From Aquifex aeolicus VF5 (GTDB taxonomy: Bacteria > Aquificota > Aquificia > Aquificales > Aquificaceae): a DNA stretch of 32,000 nt. Shown here one piece after another: positions 8,326 to 20,899 of the stretch. A program made the translations under genes and the position numbers. Below the pieces are notes generated by a model. That model worked only from the letters and a program-made list of their open reading frames with translations, was not told where the DNA came from and did no database searches. The stretch is taken from contig NC_000918.1 of the NCBI RefSeq assembly GCF_000008625.1, forward strand, positions 1,350,001-1,382,000, read 5' to 3'. The first letter of the stretch is position 1; the number at the start of each line of letters is the position of its first letter.

Positions 8326-8401
8326 GGGGCTGTAGCTCAATTGGCAGAGCGCGGGACTCCAAATCCCGTGGGTGGGGGTTCGAGTCCTCCCAGCCCCGCC
8401 A
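8326..8401 (+). tRNA. trpT: tRNA-Trp (anticodon CCA)
   Basis: Acceptor stem GGGGCTG/CAGCCCC and anticodon loop CTCCAAA. The 3' CCA is encoded. Confidence 0.95.
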
Positions 8402-8430
8402 CTTAAAACTTTCCAGAGGTATACCTCACA

Positions 8431-8628
8431 ATGGAAAAATTAAAAGAATTCCTCAAAGGCGTAAGAGATGAACTCAAAAGGGTAGTTTGGCCCTCCAGGG
8501 AATTAGTGGTAAAGGCTACGATTAGTGTTATAATATTTTCCCTTGCTATAGGGGTTTATCTCTGGATTTTGGATCTCACTTTTACTAAAATTATATCCTT
8601 CATCCTTTCCTTGAGAGGGAGCCTATGA
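8431..8628 (+). CDS. secE: Preprotein translocase subunit SecE
   Basis: 65 aa with the amphipathic N-terminus [17 protein letters not shown] followed by a single TM helix. It sits in the canonical position before nusG. Its stop overlaps the nusG start (ATGA). Confidence 0.9.
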
Positions 8629-9371
8629 GCGAGCAACAGGTTCAGGAACTTGAGAAAAAGTGGTACGCACTGCAGGTAGAGCCCGGAAAAGAGAACGAAG
8701 CTAAGGAAAACTTACTGAAAGTTCTGGAACTGGAAGGTTTAAAGGACCTCGTTGACGAGGTAATAGTTCCCGCAGAGGAAAAGGTAGTCATAAGGGCTCA
8801 GGGCAAGGAAAAGTACAGGCTCTCTCTCAAGGGAAACGCGAGGGACATATCCGTTTTAGGGAAGAAAGGTGTTACCACATTCAGGATAGAGAACGGAGAA
8901 GTTAAGGTCGTTGAGAGTGTTGAAGGAGACACTTGCGTAAACGCCCCTCCCATATCAAAACCCGGACAAAAGATCACGTGTAAGGAAAATAAAACGGAAG
9001 CAAAGATAGTTCTGGATAACAAAATATTTCCCGGATACATACTCATAAAGGCTCACATGAACGACAAGCTCCTCATGGCTATTGAGAAAACTCCCCACGT
9101 CTTCAGACCTGTAATGGTGGGCGGAAAGCCCGTTCCTCTGAAAGAGGAAGAGGTTCAAAACATTCTCAATCAAATAAAGAGGGGTGTTAAACCTTCCAAG
9201 GTTGAGTTTGAAAAAGGAGATCAGGTAAGGGTTATAGAAGGACCGTTTATGAACTTTACGGGAACTGTTGAGGAAGTTCATCCCGAGAAGAGGAAATTAA
9301 CTGTTATGATAAGTATTTTCGGAAGGATGACTCCGGTAGAACTGGACTTTGACCAAGTGGAAAAGATTTGA
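8625..9371 (+). CDS. nusG: Transcription termination/antitermination factor NusG (with inserted domain)
   Basis: NGN domain ([13 protein letters not shown] ... FPGYILIK) and KOW domain ([21 protein letters not shown] ... [11 protein letters not shown]). An extra segment of about 75 aa lies between NGN strands, by comparison with the 181-aa E. coli protein. Confidence 0.97.
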
Positions 9372-9385
9372 AGGAGGACTGAAAA

Positions 9386-9823
9386 ATGGCTAAGAAGGTG
9401 GTAGCCACAATTGAGCTAATGTTACCGGCTCAACAGGCGTCTCCGGCACCACCGGTAGGTCCCGCTCTGGGTCAGCACGGTGTTAACATAATGGAGTTCG
9501 TTAAGCAATTTAACGCCGCGAGCAGGGACTACGAACCCGGAACGATACTGCCGGTCGTTATAACCGTTTACCAGGACAGAAGCTTTACCTTCATAATGAA
9601 AACACCCCCCGTCTCGTACCTACTTAAAAAGGCGGCGGGGGTTGAGAAGGGCTCTTCCGATCCCAAAAGGGTAAAGGTCGGAAAGATAACGGTAAAGCAA
9701 CTCGAAGAAATAGCGAAGATGAAGATGAAGGACATGAACACCAGAGACCTGAAAGCCGCTATGAGAACAGTTGCGGGAACTGCAAAGAGCATGGGTATTG
9801 AAATAGAAGGTTGGAAGGAGTAG
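9386..9823 (+). CDS. rplK: 50S ribosomal protein L11
   Basis: 145 aa with [24 protein letters not shown], preceded by an AGGAGG SD. Confidence 0.98.
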
Positions 9824-9827
9824 AGCC

Positions 9828-10556
9828 ATGGCTAGAAGGGGTAAAAAATACATAGAAGCTTCAAAGTTAGTTGATAGAAACAAAAGGTACACTTTGGAAG
9901 AGGCGGTTGATCTCTTAAAGAAAATGGAAGAAGTCCTCCAGAGAAGGTTTGACGAAACCGTAGAACTCGCCATGAGGCTGAACGTAGACCCAAGATACGC
10001 GGACCAGATGGTAAGGGGTTCTGTGGTTCTTCCCCACGGACTCGGAAAACCTATAAAGGTAGTTGTCTTCGCGGAAGGTGAATATGCAAAGAAGGCAGAA
10101 GAAGCTGGAGCGGACTACGTAGGCGGCGACGAACTCATAAACAAGATACTCAAAGAAGAGTGGACCGACTTTGACGTTGCTATAGCTACTCCGGAGATGA
10201 TGCCAAAAGTTGCAAAACTTGGGAGAATACTGGGTCCGAGAGGTTTAATGCCCTCTCCCAAGACGGGAACGGTTACCACGAATGTAGAGCAGGCTATAAA
10301 AGACGCTAAAAGGGGTAGGGTAGAGTTCAAAGTTGACAAGGCCGGTAACGTCCACATGCCCGTAGGAAAGATATCTTTTGAAAAGGAAAAACTCATAGAC
10401 AACCTTTACGCCGCTATAGACGCTGTGGTAAGGGCAAAACCACCCGGAGCAAAGGGACAGTACATAAAGAACATGGCTGTATCCCTCACCATGAGCCCGA
10501 GTGTAAAGCTCGATATAAACGAAGTTCTAAAGAAACTTCAAGAAAAGGCTGCTTAA
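9828..10556 (+). CDS. rplA: 50S ribosomal protein L1
   Basis: 242 aa with [16 protein letters not shown] and [16 protein letters not shown] motifs. Confidence 0.98.
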
Positions 10557-10570
10557 CGGAGGTCTGAGTT

Positions 10571-11170
10571 ATGGCTGAATTTGACAAGGAAGCTTACGCA
10601 GAGAGGGAAAGAAGCGCAGCAAGCAGGAAAACCCTCTTAAAGAAACAGGAACTCGTAAACTCCTACAAGGAGAGACTCCAGAAGTCTAACGGATTTGTAA
10701 TATTCTTCAACTTCCAGGGAATAGATGCCTATCCCCTCACACTTCTCAGGCTGGACATAAAGGACCTGAAAGGTGAAATCGTTGTAGGAAAGAATACGCT
10801 CTTTTACAGGGCTTTTTCCGATACGGTTCTCTCGGATCACAGGGATATATTCGTAGGACCCACCGCGGCACTCTTTGCGTACGAGGATCCCGTAGCCGTA
10901 ACAAAGAAACTCGTAGAATTCCTGAAGGAGACCTTTGACAAAGAGTGGGAAGGAAGGATTAAGGGTGGACTTCTTGACTACAAGTACATCACTCCCGAGC
11001 AGGTAAAAGAGCTTGCGGAACTCCCAAGCAAGGAAGAACTCATCGCAAAACTGCTTGGAGTTCTCATGGCACCTGTAACGCAGCTCGCTATGACCTTAAA
11101 AGCTGTTCCGCAGAAACTTGTTCTTGTTCTTAAAGCTATTGAAGAAGAAAAATCTAAAGGAGGTCAGTAA
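10571..11170 (+). CDS. rplJ: 50S ribosomal protein L10
   Basis: 199 aa in the conserved position between rplA and rplL, preceded by a GGAGGT SD. The C-terminal helix is of the type that binds L7/L12. Confidence 0.93.
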   Translation: MAEFDKEAYAERERSAASRKTLLKKQELVNSYKERLQKSNGFVIFFNFQGIDAYPLTLLRLDIKDLKGEIVVGKNTLFYRAFSDTVLSDHRDIFVGPTAALFAYEDPVAVTKKLVEFLKETFDKEWEGRIKGGLLDYKYITPEQVKELAELPSKEELIAKLLGVLMAPVTQLAMTLKAVPQKLVLVLKAIEEEKSKGGQ

Positions 11171-11172
11171 AG

Positions 11173-11559
11173 ATGGCAACTTTAACTATTGACGAGATTG
11201 TAGAAGCTATCAAGAATATGTCCGTATTGGAAGTTGCCGAACTTGTTAAGAGACTTGAAGAAGAGTTCGGCGTTTCCGCAGCTGCAATGGTAGCAGCTGC
11301 ACCCGCGGCAGGAGCCGCAGCAGGAGCACCCGCTCAGGCTGAAGAGAAGACCGAGTTTGACGTAATCCTCAAGTCCCCCGGAAAGAACAAGATACAGGTT
11401 ATCAAGGTGGTAAGGGAAATCACTGGACTCGGTCTCAAGGAAGCAAAGGAACTCGTGGACAACGCTCCCAAGCCTATCAAGGAAGGAGTACCCAAGGAAG
11501 AAGCGGAACAAATTAAGAAGAAGCTCGAAGAAGCTGGAGCGGAAGTCGAGCTCAAGTAA
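11173..11559 (+). CDS. rplL: 50S ribosomal protein L7/L12
   Basis: 128 aa with an N-terminal dimerisation helix, an Ala-rich hinge ([18 protein letters not shown]), and the C-terminal domain [21 protein letters not shown]. Confidence 0.98.
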   Translation: MATLTIDEIVEAIKNMSVLEVAELVKRLEEEFGVSAAAMVAAAPAAGAAAGAPAQAEEKTEFDVILKSPGKNKIQVIKVVREITGLGLKEAKELVDNAPKPIKEGVPKEEAEQIKKKLEEAGAEVELK

Positions 11560-11667
11560 CTCCTTCTTTTCCTTTTCCTTTACACTTTTGCTCAGGAGGC
11601 AGGAACGCTCTGTACGTAAATGGAAACATTAATCTTCTTACCGGTTAGGGAATTGAAAAAGGAATAC

Positions 11668-11695
11668 TTGACAGTGTACTTTTTTGGTTTAAATT
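11668..11695 (+). promoter_or_regulatory. Candidate promoter in the rplL-rpoB spacer
   Basis: TTGACA (11668-11673), a 16-nt spacer, then TAAATT (11690-11695). It lies about 76 nt upstream of the rpoB ATG. Motif match only. Confidence 0.35.
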
Positions 11696-11771
11696 TAAAA
11701 GATCAGTTAATGGGGATATTATTGCTTCATTCCGCCTTCTTTAAGAAACATAAAAGAGGAGAGGTATAAAA

Positions 11772-14700
11772 ATGGCAAAAATTGCGCTACCCCGTAAGTT
11801 TTTCGGCAGAAGGTTTGAAGTCCTTGAACCTCCTTACTTACTCAGCATACCAAAAAACTCCTTTGAAAACTTCGTCCAGTTAAAGGTAAACCCTTACAAA
11901 AGGAAAAACGTAGGTCTTGAACACATATTCAGGACTTCCTTTCCCTTTAAAGATCCTGACGAAAACTTCATACTCGAATACCTCGGTTATGAAATAGGTG
12001 ATTGGGAATGTAATAGATGCGGATACAAACCAAAAGACGACCTTCTGGGAGGATGGGACGTAGACTGTCCCCAGTGCGGAGCAAAGCTCGTTTACAAGGA
12101 AAAGTTCACACCAGAGGAGTGTAAGTTAAAGGGGCTCACTTATTCGGCTCCCCTCAGGGTAATGCTCCAGCTCAAGGCAAAGACTAAAAACGGCTACAGG
12201 GAATTTCCTCCAAAGAAGGTTTACTTCGGTGAAATCCCCCTAATGACCGAAACCGGCTCTTTCATCATTAACGGAACGGAAAGGATAATAATCAACCAGC
12301 TAATACGTTCCAGCGGTGTCTTCTTTGACGAGAAGGAAGAAAAACAAAAAGACGCCACTATAACGAGGATTCTTTACAGGGGAAGCATAATTCCCGATAA
12401 AGGTTCAAGAGTTGAGTTTGAACTTTCAGGTGCTACGGACCTCATATCTGCAAGGATAGACAGGAAGAAGCTCAGCGCCACAGCGGTGCTCAGGGCTTTC
12501 GGTCTTGAGACCGCATACGACATTCTCAAGTACTTCTACGAGGACGTAAGGAAGTTCATAGTAAAGGACAAGTACCTTTACGACGCACAAACGGGAGAGG
12601 AGTTTACACCCGAGGATTTAGAACATCATTACATCTTTGCGATAATCAAGTTCAGAGGAAAACTTGTAGGATTTGCATCTTCCAAGGAAAGGGACTTCAT
12701 AGAGGAGAGGTACATAGAGGAGTGGGAGGATCTCGTAAGACTCCTTGACGACGACAGGATAGAGGTTCTCAGTGTAACGGCGGTACCGAGGGACGTAGTT
12801 ATAAAAAGTCCTTATGGAAAGAGCCTGATAGACACCCTAGCAAACGATACCTCGCCCAAAGACGTGGACAAAAGAAGCCCCGTAAAGGTTCCCGCGGAAT
12901 ACACCCTGAGGGACTACGGATTAATGGAAATGTACAAGAGACTCAGACACATCGAAGCGATCACTATGGAAATAGATTCCGTCATAGAAAGGGCGAGGAT
13001 ATTCTTCAACGTATTCTTCAGGGACCTAAAGAGGTATGACCTCTCAAGAGTCGGTAGGGTAAAGATAAACGCCAAAGTTCACAGGATACCGAAGGTTCTG
13101 AAACCTGCGGATGTAGATCTCCTTGACCAGCTCCCGCCCCTAGCTCTCGCGGAAGACTATGGCGAGTACAAGGCGGGAACGAGGGTTACGAAAGATCTCT
13201 TAAAAGAACTCTTCAAGCAATACAAAGAAATAAAAGTTAAGGACTACACGGAAGACGAAGCGAGGTTTATCCTCCCCATAGACCTCGTGAATATCCTGAA
13301 GTACCTTATAGACCTCAGACACGGCAGGGTAAAGAAGGACGATATCGCACACCTCGGAAACAGAAGAGTAAGGTCCGTAGGAGAACTCCTTGAAAATCAA
13401 GCGAGACTCGGAATTGCCAAAATGGAAAAGGTCTTCAGGGACCGCTCCGCGGTTATAAACCCCGAACAGCCGGACCTCAAACCGCAGGATTTCATAAACC
13501 CGAGGTACGTCACAACAGCTATAACGGACTTCCTGAAAACCGGACAGCTCTCTCAGTACCTTGACAACACAAATCCCCTTTCTGAGCTCACCCACAAGAG
13601 GAGACTCTCGGCCCTCGGTCCTGGAGGACTTACGAGGGAAAGTGCAAAATTTGAAATAAGAGACGTTCACCCCTCCCACTACGGAAGGATTTGTCCCATA
13701 GAAACGCCCGAAGGACAGAACATAGGACTGGTTACCTCACCCACAGTTTACGCCAGGGTCAACGAGTACGGCTTCCTCATAACTCCGTACAGAAAGGTTG
13801 AGAACGGGAAGGTAACCGATAAGATTGAGTGGCTTGCGGCTTATGAAGAAGAAAATTACGTAATAGCCCAGAGCACACCCACCGACGAAGAGGGTAGACT
13901 GAAAGCTGAATTTATCCTCGCCAGACACAAGAACGATATAAGACTCGTAAAACCTGAACAGGTTGAGTACATAGACGTCTCTCCTAGACAGGTAATATCA
14001 CCCTCTTCTTCACTCATACCCTTCCTTGAGCACGACGACGCAAACAGGGCACTCATGGGTTCAAACATGCAAAGGCAGGCGGTTCCCCTCATATTCACTC
14101 AGGCGCCCCTCATCGGAACGGGAATGGAAAAGAAGATAGCGAGAGATTCCCATGCAGTAGTAGTTGCAAAGAGGGGCGGTGTGGTAGAGGAAGTTGACAG
14201 TTCCAAGATAATCATCAGGGTAAATCCCGAGGAGATAAACTTCGACGACCCTCTGGACATAGGTATAGACATATACGAACTCAGGAAGTTCCAGAGAACT
14301 AACCAGAAGACCTGTGTAAACCAGAGACCCATAGTCAGGAAAGGAGAAAAGGTTGAAAAAGGACAAATCATAGCGGACGGACACTCCACTGACAGGGGAG
14401 AGCTTGCACTCGGAAAGGACGTTCTCGTTGCCTTCATGCCCTGGAGAGGTTACAACTTCGAGGACGCAATAGTAATATCCGAGAGACTCGTCAAGGAAGA
14501 CGTATACACATCTATCCACATAGAGGAACTGGAAGTAGAAGCGAGAGAAACGAAGGTAGGAGAAGAAGAAATAACGAGGCAAATACCTGGAGTTCCTGAA
14601 AGAGCACTCGCTCACCTTGATGAGCACGGAATAGTAAGGGTGGGAACTTACGTAAAGCCCGGAGACATTCTCGTTGGTAAAGTCACTCCAAAAGGAGAAA

Positions 14701-16178
14701 CGAGGCTAACTCCCGAAGAAAAGCTCCTTCAGGCAATATTTGGTGAAAAGACAAGGGACGTAAAGGACGCATCCCTCAGGTGTCCTCCCGGAGTTGAGGG
14801 AATAGTAATAGACGTTCAAGTGTTCACGAGGAAGGGAACCGGCAAAAAGGACATGCTAGCTGAGAAAGTAGAAAGGGAAGAACTAGAAGCACTGGAGCAG
14901 GAACTTGAAAAGAAGAAGAACCTCATCATCACCGGAAGGGATAAGGTTCTAAAAGGACTTGTACTGGGAAGGAAGGTAGAAAAAGACGCAAAAGTAGGAA
15001 GGAAGACCGTAAAGAAGGGAACAGTTATAGACGAAAAAGTCTTTGAAGAGTTCGTAAACTACATACTCGGCAGACCCGAAAACTTCTTTGAAGACGAAGA
15101 CCTTATCAGAAAGATAAGGGAAATAGCGGAAAGGACGAGAACTCAAATAGAAATGCTCAACAAGGTATACGAAGAGAAAAAGGAAACACTCCTCAAGAGA
15201 AGGGATCTCCCGCCCGGAGTTATAACGCTTGTTAAAGTGTTCATAGCGAACAAGAGGAAGATAAAAGTCGGTGACAAGATGGCGGGAAGGCACGGAAACA
15301 AGGGTGTTATATCCGTGGTTCTTCCCGTAGAAGACATGCCCTTCCTCCCCGACGGAACGCCCGTTGATATAGTCCTCAACCCCCTAGGTGTTCCCTCACG
15401 TATGAACGTAGGACAAATTCTCGAGACGCACCTCGGCTGGGCTGCAAAAGAACTCGGAAAGAAGATAGGCGAGATGATTGAAAAGGGAAGGGACAGGAAG
15501 GCTATAACAGAATACCTGAAAGAAATATTCGCAATAGGAGACAAGGACGGGGAAAACGCCAAGTTCATAGAGGAATTCCTGAATTCCTTATCCGAGGAAG
15601 AGTTCTGGAGTGTGGTCAGGGATTACGCTGAAAGAGGCATTCCTATGGCAACGCCCGCCTTCGAGGGTGCCGAAGAAGATGCAATTAAAGAACTCCTCAA
15701 GAAAGCGGGGCTGCCCGAAAACGGAAAGACCACCCTTTACGACGGGAGAACAGGAGAGCCCTTTGACTTTGAGGTTACCGTCGGTTACATGCACATGCTA
15801 AAGCTAATCCACATGGTTGACGACAAGATACACGCAAGGGCAACAGGACCTTACTCCCTCGTTACGCAACAACCCCTCGGTGGTAGGGCGCAGTTTGGTG
15901 GACAAAGGCTTGGTGAAATGGAAGTTTGGGCACTCGAAGCCCACGGAGCCGCTTACACCTTACAGGAAATGCTCACGGTTAAGTCCGACGACGTTGAAGG
16001 AAGGACGAAGGTTTACGAGGCTATCGTTAAAGGAAAGTACACCTACACACCCGGAATACCCGAGTCCTTCAAGGTTCTCGTAAGAGAGCTAAAGGCTCTT
16101 GGGCTAAACGTTAAGTGTCTGAATGGTGAAGAGAAGCCTTGTGACGAGGTTGAAGTTAAAGAGGAGGAAGAAAAATGA
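11772..16178 (+). CDS. rpoB: DNA-directed RNA polymerase subunit beta
   Basis: 1468 aa with the conserved blocks [62 protein letters not shown] and [20 protein letters not shown]. It also has a lineage-specific CxxC..CxxC insertion near the N-terminus. Confidence 0.99.
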   Translation: MAKIALPRKFFGRRFEVLEPPYLLSIPKNSFENFVQLKVNPYKRKNVGLEHIFRTSFPFKDPDENFILEYLGYEIGDWECNRCGYKPKDDLLGGWDVDCPQCGAKLVYKEKFTPEECKLKGLTYSAPLRVMLQLKAKTKNGYREFPPKKVYFGEIPLMTETGSFIINGTERIIINQLIRSSGVFFDEKEEKQKDATITRILYRGSIIPDKGSRVEFELSGATDLISARIDRKKLSATAVLRAFGLETAYDILKYFYEDVRKFIVKDKYLYDAQTGEEFTPEDLEHHYIFAIIKFRGKLVGFASSKERDFIEERYIEEWEDLVRLLDDDRIEVLSVTAVPRDVVIKSPYGKSLIDTLANDTSPKDVDKRSPVKVPAEYTLRDYGLMEMYKRLRHIEAITMEIDSVIERARIFFNVFFRDLKRYDLSRVGRVKINAKVHRIPKVLKPADVDLLDQLPPLALAEDYGEYKAGTRVTKDLLKELFKQYKEIKVKDYTEDEARFILPIDLVNILKYLIDLRHGRVKKDDIAHLGNRRVRSVGELLENQARLGIAKMEKVFRDRSAVINPEQPDLKPQDFINPRYVTTAITDFLKTGQLSQYLDNTNPLSELTHKRRLSALGPGGLTRESAKFEIRDVHPSHYGRICPIETPEGQNIGLVTSPTVYARVNEYGFLITPYRKVENGKVTDKIEWLAAYEEENYVIAQSTPTDEEGRLKAEFILARHKNDIRLVKPEQVEYIDVSPRQVISPSSSLIPFLEHDDANRALMGSNMQRQAVPLIFTQAPLIGTGMEKKIARDSHAVVVAKRGGVVEEVDSSKIIIRVNPEEINFDDPLDIGIDIYELRKFQRTNQKTCVNQRPIVRKGEKVEKGQIIADGHSTDRGELALGKDVLVAFMPWRGYNFEDAIVISERLVKEDVYTSIHIEELEVEARETKVGEEEITRQIPGVPERALAHLDEHGIVRVGTYVKPGDILVGKVTPKGETRLTPEEKLLQAIFGEKTRDVKDASLRCPPGVEGIVIDVQVFTRKGTGKKDMLAEKVEREELEALEQELEKKKNLIITGRDKVLKGLVLGRKVEKDAKVGRKTVKKGTVIDEKVFEEFVNYILGRPENFFEDEDLIRKIREIAERTRTQIEMLNKVYEEKKETLLKRRDLPPGVITLVKVFIANKRKIKVGDKMAGRHGNKGVISVVLPVEDMPFLPDGTPVDIVLNPLGVPSRMNVGQILETHLGWAAKELGKKIGEMIEKGRDRKAITEYLKEIFAIGDKDGENAKFIEEFLNSLSEEEFWSVVRDYAERGIPMATPAFEGAEEDAIKELLKKAGLPENGKTTLYDGRTGEPFDFEVTVGYMHMLKLIHMVDDKIHARATGPYSLVTQQPLGGRAQFGGQRLGEMEVWALEAHGAAYTLQEMLTVKSDDVEGRTKVYEAIVKGKYTYTPGIPESFKVLVRELKALGLNVKCLNGEEKPCDEVEVKEEEEK

Positions 16179-19100
16179 GTGAAGCAAGAAGGGGTATCTT
16201 CCCCTTCTCAAAAATTAAATTGATGCTCGCTTCTCCCGAGGATATCAGAAGCTGGTCTCACGGTGAAGTTAAGAGACCTGAAACTCTAAACTACAGAACT
16301 CTGAAACCCGAAAAGGACGGTCTCTTCTGCGCTAAGATTTTTGGTCCCATAAAAGATTACGAGTGTCTCTGCGGAAAGTACAGGGGAAAGAGGTACGAAG
16401 GAAAGATATGTGAAAAGTGCGGTGTTGAAGTTACAACTTCTTACGTAAGGAGACAGAGGTTCGGTCACATAGAACTCGCTGCTCCCGTCGTTCACATATG
16501 GTTCTTAAAGAGCACACCCTCCAAGATAGGAACGCTCCTTAACCTCACTTCAAGAGACGTTGAAAGGGTCGCTTACTTTGAGTCTTACCTCGTTATTGAG
16601 TATCCAAACGAGGAAGAAGAGGAAAAGTTTGAGAAGGACGAGCACACGATACCACTCAACGACGGCATTTCCACCAAGTGGGTAAAACTCCACGTGGTGA
16701 ACGAGGAGGAGTTTGAGGAGAAGTACGCCTTCACCATAGACGAAAAGTACGAGCACGGAATGGGGGCGGAAATACTCAAAGAAGTTCTATCAAAACTCGA
16801 CCTAGACGCCTACTCCAGAAAACTGAAGGAAATAGTAAAGCCCTACTCAATAGGATTTGAAGACCTCGGAAAAGAAATTGAACAGAAGTACAAGAACCTT
16901 TACCAGAAACTTATCAAGGTTATCGCGGACGACTTCAGGGCTTACGGCGTTGAGATAAAAGGACTTGAAGATCACGGACTCAGCCTAGAACAGGCTATCC
17001 ACAGGATTCTAAACGAAGAACTGTACCTCAATGTAGAGACGGGAGAAATTTCCCTTGAAGACTGCGGAGACAGCTGTCTCACGGGAAGGGACGCTCTGAA
17101 GGAGTACTACGAAAGGGTAAGGGAACACAAAAAGGACATCCCCATCTTTGAAAAGATAAAGGAAGACATAAGATCCACGGTACTGAGGGAAATATCCGAA
17201 GCCAGAATCAGGAAGGCGCTCAGAACTCTCCAGCTAGTAGAGGGCTTCAAGAAGAGCGGAAACAGACCAGAGTGGATGATACTTGAAGTTCTTCCAGTTC
17301 TTCCTCCGGAACTACGTCCCCTCGTTGCACTGGACGGAGGAAGGTTTGCAACTTCTGATCTGAACGACTTCTACAGAAGGGTTATAAACAGGAATAACAG
17401 ACTAAAGAGATTAATAGAACTGAACGCCCCCGACATAATCATCAGAAACGAAAAGAGAATGCTTCAGGAGGCGGTTGATGCCTTAATAGACAACGGAAAG
17501 AGAGGAAACCCTGTAAAGCAAAATGGAAGACCTTTAAAGTCTCTTGCGGACTACCTGAAAGGTAAACAGGGAAGGTTTAGGCAAAACCTCCTCGGAAAGA
17601 GAGTTGACTATTCAGGACGTTCCGTTATAGTCGTCGGTCCAGAACTCCAGATGCACCAGTGCGGTCTTCCCAAGATAATGGCCCTCGAACTCTTCAAACC
17701 CTTCGTATACAGGAGACTGGAAGAAAAAGGGTATGCGACTTCCATAAAACACGCAAAGAGACTCGTAGAGCAAAAGACACCCGAAGTATGGGAGTGCCTT
17801 GAAGAAGTGGTCAAAGAACACCCCGTTCTGCTAAACCGTGCTCCAACGCTCCACAGACCTTCAATTCAGGCTTTTGAACCCGTTCTCGTAGAAGGAAAAG
17901 CCATACAGCTACACCCCCTCGTTTGCCCGCCCTTTAACGCGGACTTTGACGGAGACCAAATGGCCGTACACGTCCCCCTCGGAATAGAGGCTCAGCTTGA
18001 GTCTTACATACTTATGCTCTCCACGCAAAACGTACTTTCCCCCGCACACGGAAAACCCCTCACGATGCCCTCACAGGACATGGTTCTTGGGACTTACTAC
18101 ATCACCCACGACCCCATACCCGGAAGGAAAGGAGAAGGAAAAGCTTTCGGTACCTTTGAAGAAGTCCTCAAAGCTCTTGAACTCGGACACGTTGACATAC
18201 ACGCGAAGATAAAGGTAAAAGTTGGAAACGAGTGGATAGAAACAACTCCCGGAAGGGTACTCTTCAACTCCATAATGCCCGAAGGACAGCCCTTCGTTAA
18301 CAAAACCCTTGACAAGAAAGGACTTTCAAAGCTAATCACTGAACTCTATATAAGGGTAGGAAACGAGGAGACTGTTAAGTTCCTTGACCGTGTGAAAGAA
18401 CTTGGATTCCTCAGGTCAACGCTTGCGGGTATTTCCATTGGTGTGGAAGACCTGCAGGTTCCCAAGGCAAAGAAGAAGATAATAGAGGAAGCCCTCAAGA
18501 AGACGGAAGAGATATGGAACCAGTACGTTCAGGGTATCATCACCAACAAGGAGAGGTACAACAGGATAATAGACGTCTGGTCCGAAGCCACGAACCTCGT
18601 TTCCAAGGCGATGTTTGAAGAGATAGAAAAGTCTAAGAGAATAGAAAACGGAAAGGAATACCCGGGAACCTTTAACCCCATATACATGATGGCAATCTCT
18701 GGAGCGAGAGGTAACAGGGACCAGATAAGACAGCTTGCAGGAATGAGAGGTCTTATGGCTAAGCACTCTGGTGAGTTTATAGAAACGCCGATTATCTCAA
18801 ACTTCAGGGAAGGTCTTTCCGTTCTCGAGTACTTTATATCCACTTACGGTGCGAGAAAGGGTCTCGCGGACACCGCCCTGAAAACCGCATTTGCCGGATA
18901 TCTGACGAGAAGACTCGTTGACGTAGCTCAGGACATAACCATTACTGAACGTGACTGCGGAACCGTTAAAGGCTTTGAAATGGAACCCATAGTAGAAGCG
19001 GGTGAAGAGAGGGTTCCCCTCAAGGACAGAATATTCGGAAGGGTTCTCGCGGAAGACGTAAAAGATCCCTACACCGGTGAGATAATCGCAAGGAGAAACG

Positions 19101-20899
19101 AGGTAATAGACGAAAAACTCGCGGAAAAGATAACGAAGGCGGGAATAGAAAAGGTAAGGGTACGCTCACCTCTCACCTGTGAGGCAAAACACGGCGTTTG
19201 TGCTATGTGCTACGGATGGGATCTCTCCCAGAGGAAGATAGTATCCGTGGGTGAGGCGGTTGGAATTATAGCAGCACAATCCATAGGTGAGCCCGGAACA
19301 CAGCTCACCATGAGAACCTTCCACATAGGTGGTGCAGCAACAGCTCAGAAGGTTCAGAGCTTCGTAAAGGCTGAAAGTGACGGTAAAGTCAAGTTCTACA
19401 ACGTAAAACTCATAGTAAACAGAAAGGGTGAAAAGATAAACATCTCCAAGGACGCAGCTATCGGAATAGTGGACGAAGAAGGCAGGCTCCTTGAAAGACA
19501 CACTATACCTTACGGTGCGAGAATTCTCGTAGAAGAAGGCCAGGAAGTTAAAGCAGAAACTAAACTCGCAGATTGGGATCCCTTCAACACTTACATAATC
19601 GCTGAAGTAGGCGGAAAGGTAGAACTCAGGGACATAATCCTCGACGTTACCGTAAGGGAAGAAAGGGATCCGATAACAGGAAAGACGGCGAGCGTAATAT
19701 CCTTCATGAGACCAAGAGACGCTATGCTACACACTCCCAGAATAGCTGTCATCACAGAAGACGGGAAAGAGTACATCTACGACCTTCCTGTTAACGCCAT
19801 TCTCAACATACCGCCCGAAAAGATATCCCTCGAGTGGAGAGTATGCCCCACCTGCTCCGAGTCCGAAGAGACCACTATACAGCACCAGTACTACGTGGTT
19901 AAAGACCTTGAAGTTCAACCCGGTGACATACTCGCGAGAATTCCAAAAGAAACTGCTAAGGTTAGGGACATCGTCGGTGGTCTTCCGAGGGTTGAAGAGC
20001 TCTTTGAGGCGAGAAAGCCCAAGAATCCCGCAATACTCAGCGAAATAGACGGTTACGTTAAGATTTACGAGGACGCGGACGAGGTGATCATATTCAACCC
20101 CAGAACCGGTGAAACCGCTAAGTACTCCATAAAGAAGGACGAGCTAATCCTCGTAAGACACGGTCAATTCGTCAAGAAAGGTCAAAAGATTACGGAAACA
20201 AAGGTTGCGGAAATAGACGGTCAGGTAAGGATTAAGGGAAGAGGCTTTAAGGTAATCGTTTACAACCCTGAAACAGGACTACAGAGGGAGTACTTCGTTC
20301 CCAAAGGTAAATTCCTGCTCGTTAAGGAAGGTGACTTCGTAAAGGCAGGGGACCAGCTCACAGACGGAACACCCGTACCCGAAGAAATACTCAGGATAAA
20401 GGGAATAGAAGAGCTGGAAAAATTCCTCCTTAAAGAAGTCCAGATGGTTTACAAATTGCAAGGTGTTGACATAAACGACAAACACTTTGAAATCATAATC
20501 AAGCAGATGCTCAAGAAGGTGAGGATTATAGACCCCGGAGACAGCAGATTCCTCGTAGGCGAAGAAGTGGACAAAGAAGAACTCGAAGAAGAAATTCAAA
20601 GGATCAAGCTCGAAGGCGGAAAACTGCCCAAGGCTGAACCCGTACTCGTCGGTATTACGAGAGCAGCACTTTCCACGAGAAGCTGGATTTCCGCTGCATC
20701 CTTCCAGGAAACTACGAGAGTACTCACAGACGCTTCCGTTGAAGGTAAGATAGACGAACTCCGAGGTCTTAAAGAGAACGTAATAATCGGAAACATAATA
20801 CCCGCCGGAACGGGTGTGGACGAGTACAGAGAAGTGGACGTAATCCCTGCGGAAGAAAAGGTTCTCGAAGAGAAGAAAGAACCCAAAGAGGGCTCTTAA
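16175..20899 (+). CDS. rpoC: DNA-directed RNA polymerase subunit beta-prime
   Basis: 1574 aa with the N-terminal Zn motif [23 protein letters not shown], the catalytic NADFDGDQM, the bridge helix and the trigger loop ([11 protein letters not shown]). The start overlaps the rpoB stop (ATGA). Confidence 0.99.
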   Translation: MSEARRGIFPFSKIKLMLASPEDIRSWSHGEVKRPETLNYRTLKPEKDGLFCAKIFGPIKDYECLCGKYRGKRYEGKICEKCGVEVTTSYVRRQRFGHIELAAPVVHIWFLKSTPSKIGTLLNLTSRDVERVAYFESYLVIEYPNEEEEEKFEKDEHTIPLNDGISTKWVKLHVVNEEEFEEKYAFTIDEKYEHGMGAEILKEVLSKLDLDAYSRKLKEIVKPYSIGFEDLGKEIEQKYKNLYQKLIKVIADDFRAYGVEIKGLEDHGLSLEQAIHRILNEELYLNVETGEISLEDCGDSCLTGRDALKEYYERVREHKKDIPIFEKIKEDIRSTVLREISEARIRKALRTLQLVEGFKKSGNRPEWMILEVLPVLPPELRPLVALDGGRFATSDLNDFYRRVINRNNRLKRLIELNAPDIIIRNEKRMLQEAVDALIDNGKRGNPVKQNGRPLKSLADYLKGKQGRFRQNLLGKRVDYSGRSVIVVGPELQMHQCGLPKIMALELFKPFVYRRLEEKGYATSIKHAKRLVEQKTPEVWECLEEVVKEHPVLLNRAPTLHRPSIQAFEPVLVEGKAIQLHPLVCPPFNADFDGDQMAVHVPLGIEAQLESYILMLSTQNVLSPAHGKPLTMPSQDMVLGTYYITHDPIPGRKGEGKAFGTFEEVLKALELGHVDIHAKIKVKVGNEWIETTPGRVLFNSIMPEGQPFVNKTLDKKGLSKLITELYIRVGNEETVKFLDRVKELGFLRSTLAGISIGVEDLQVPKAKKKIIEEALKKTEEIWNQYVQGIITNKERYNRIIDVWSEATNLVSKAMFEEIEKSKRIENGKEYPGTFNPIYMMAISGARGNRDQIRQLAGMRGLMAKHSGEFIETPIISNFREGLSVLEYFISTYGARKGLADTALKTAFAGYLTRRLVDVAQDITITERDCGTVKGFEMEPIVEAGEERVPLKDRIFGRVLAEDVKDPYTGEIIARRNEVIDEKLAEKITKAGIEKVRVRSPLTCEAKHGVCAMCYGWDLSQRKIVSVGEAVGIIAAQSIGEPGTQLTMRTFHIGGAATAQKVQSFVKAESDGKVKFYNVKLIVNRKGEKINISKDAAIGIVDEEGRLLERHTIPYGARILVEEGQEVKAETKLADWDPFNTYIIAEVGGKVELRDIILDVTVREERDPITGKTASVISFMRPRDAMLHTPRIAVITEDGKEYIYDLPVNAILNIPPEKISLEWRVCPTCSESEETTIQHQYYVVKDLEVQPGDILARIPKETAKVRDIVGGLPRVEELFEARKPKNPAILSEIDGYVKIYEDADEVIIFNPRTGETAKYSIKKDELILVRHGQFVKKGQKITETKVAEIDGQVRIKGRGFKVIVYNPETGLQREYFVPKGKFLLVKEGDFVKAGDQLTDGTPVPEEILRIKGIEELEKFLLKEVQMVYKLQGVDINDKHFEIIIKQMLKKVRIIDPGDSRFLVGEEVDKEELEEEIQRIKLEGGKLPKAEPVLVGITRAALSTRSWISAASFQETTRVLTDASVEGKIDELRGLKENVIIGNIIPAGTGVDEYREVDVIPAEEKVLEEKKEPKEGS

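Noticed and set aside
13200-20886. Many 60-190-aa ORFs antisense to or out of frame with rpoB/rpoC (e.g. 14061-14627, 15143-15568, 18416-18766, 20596-20886)
   Set aside because: All are nested in the long, highly conserved RNAP genes. They have no start context or family resemblance, and this number of spurious frames is expected in purine-rich coding strands.
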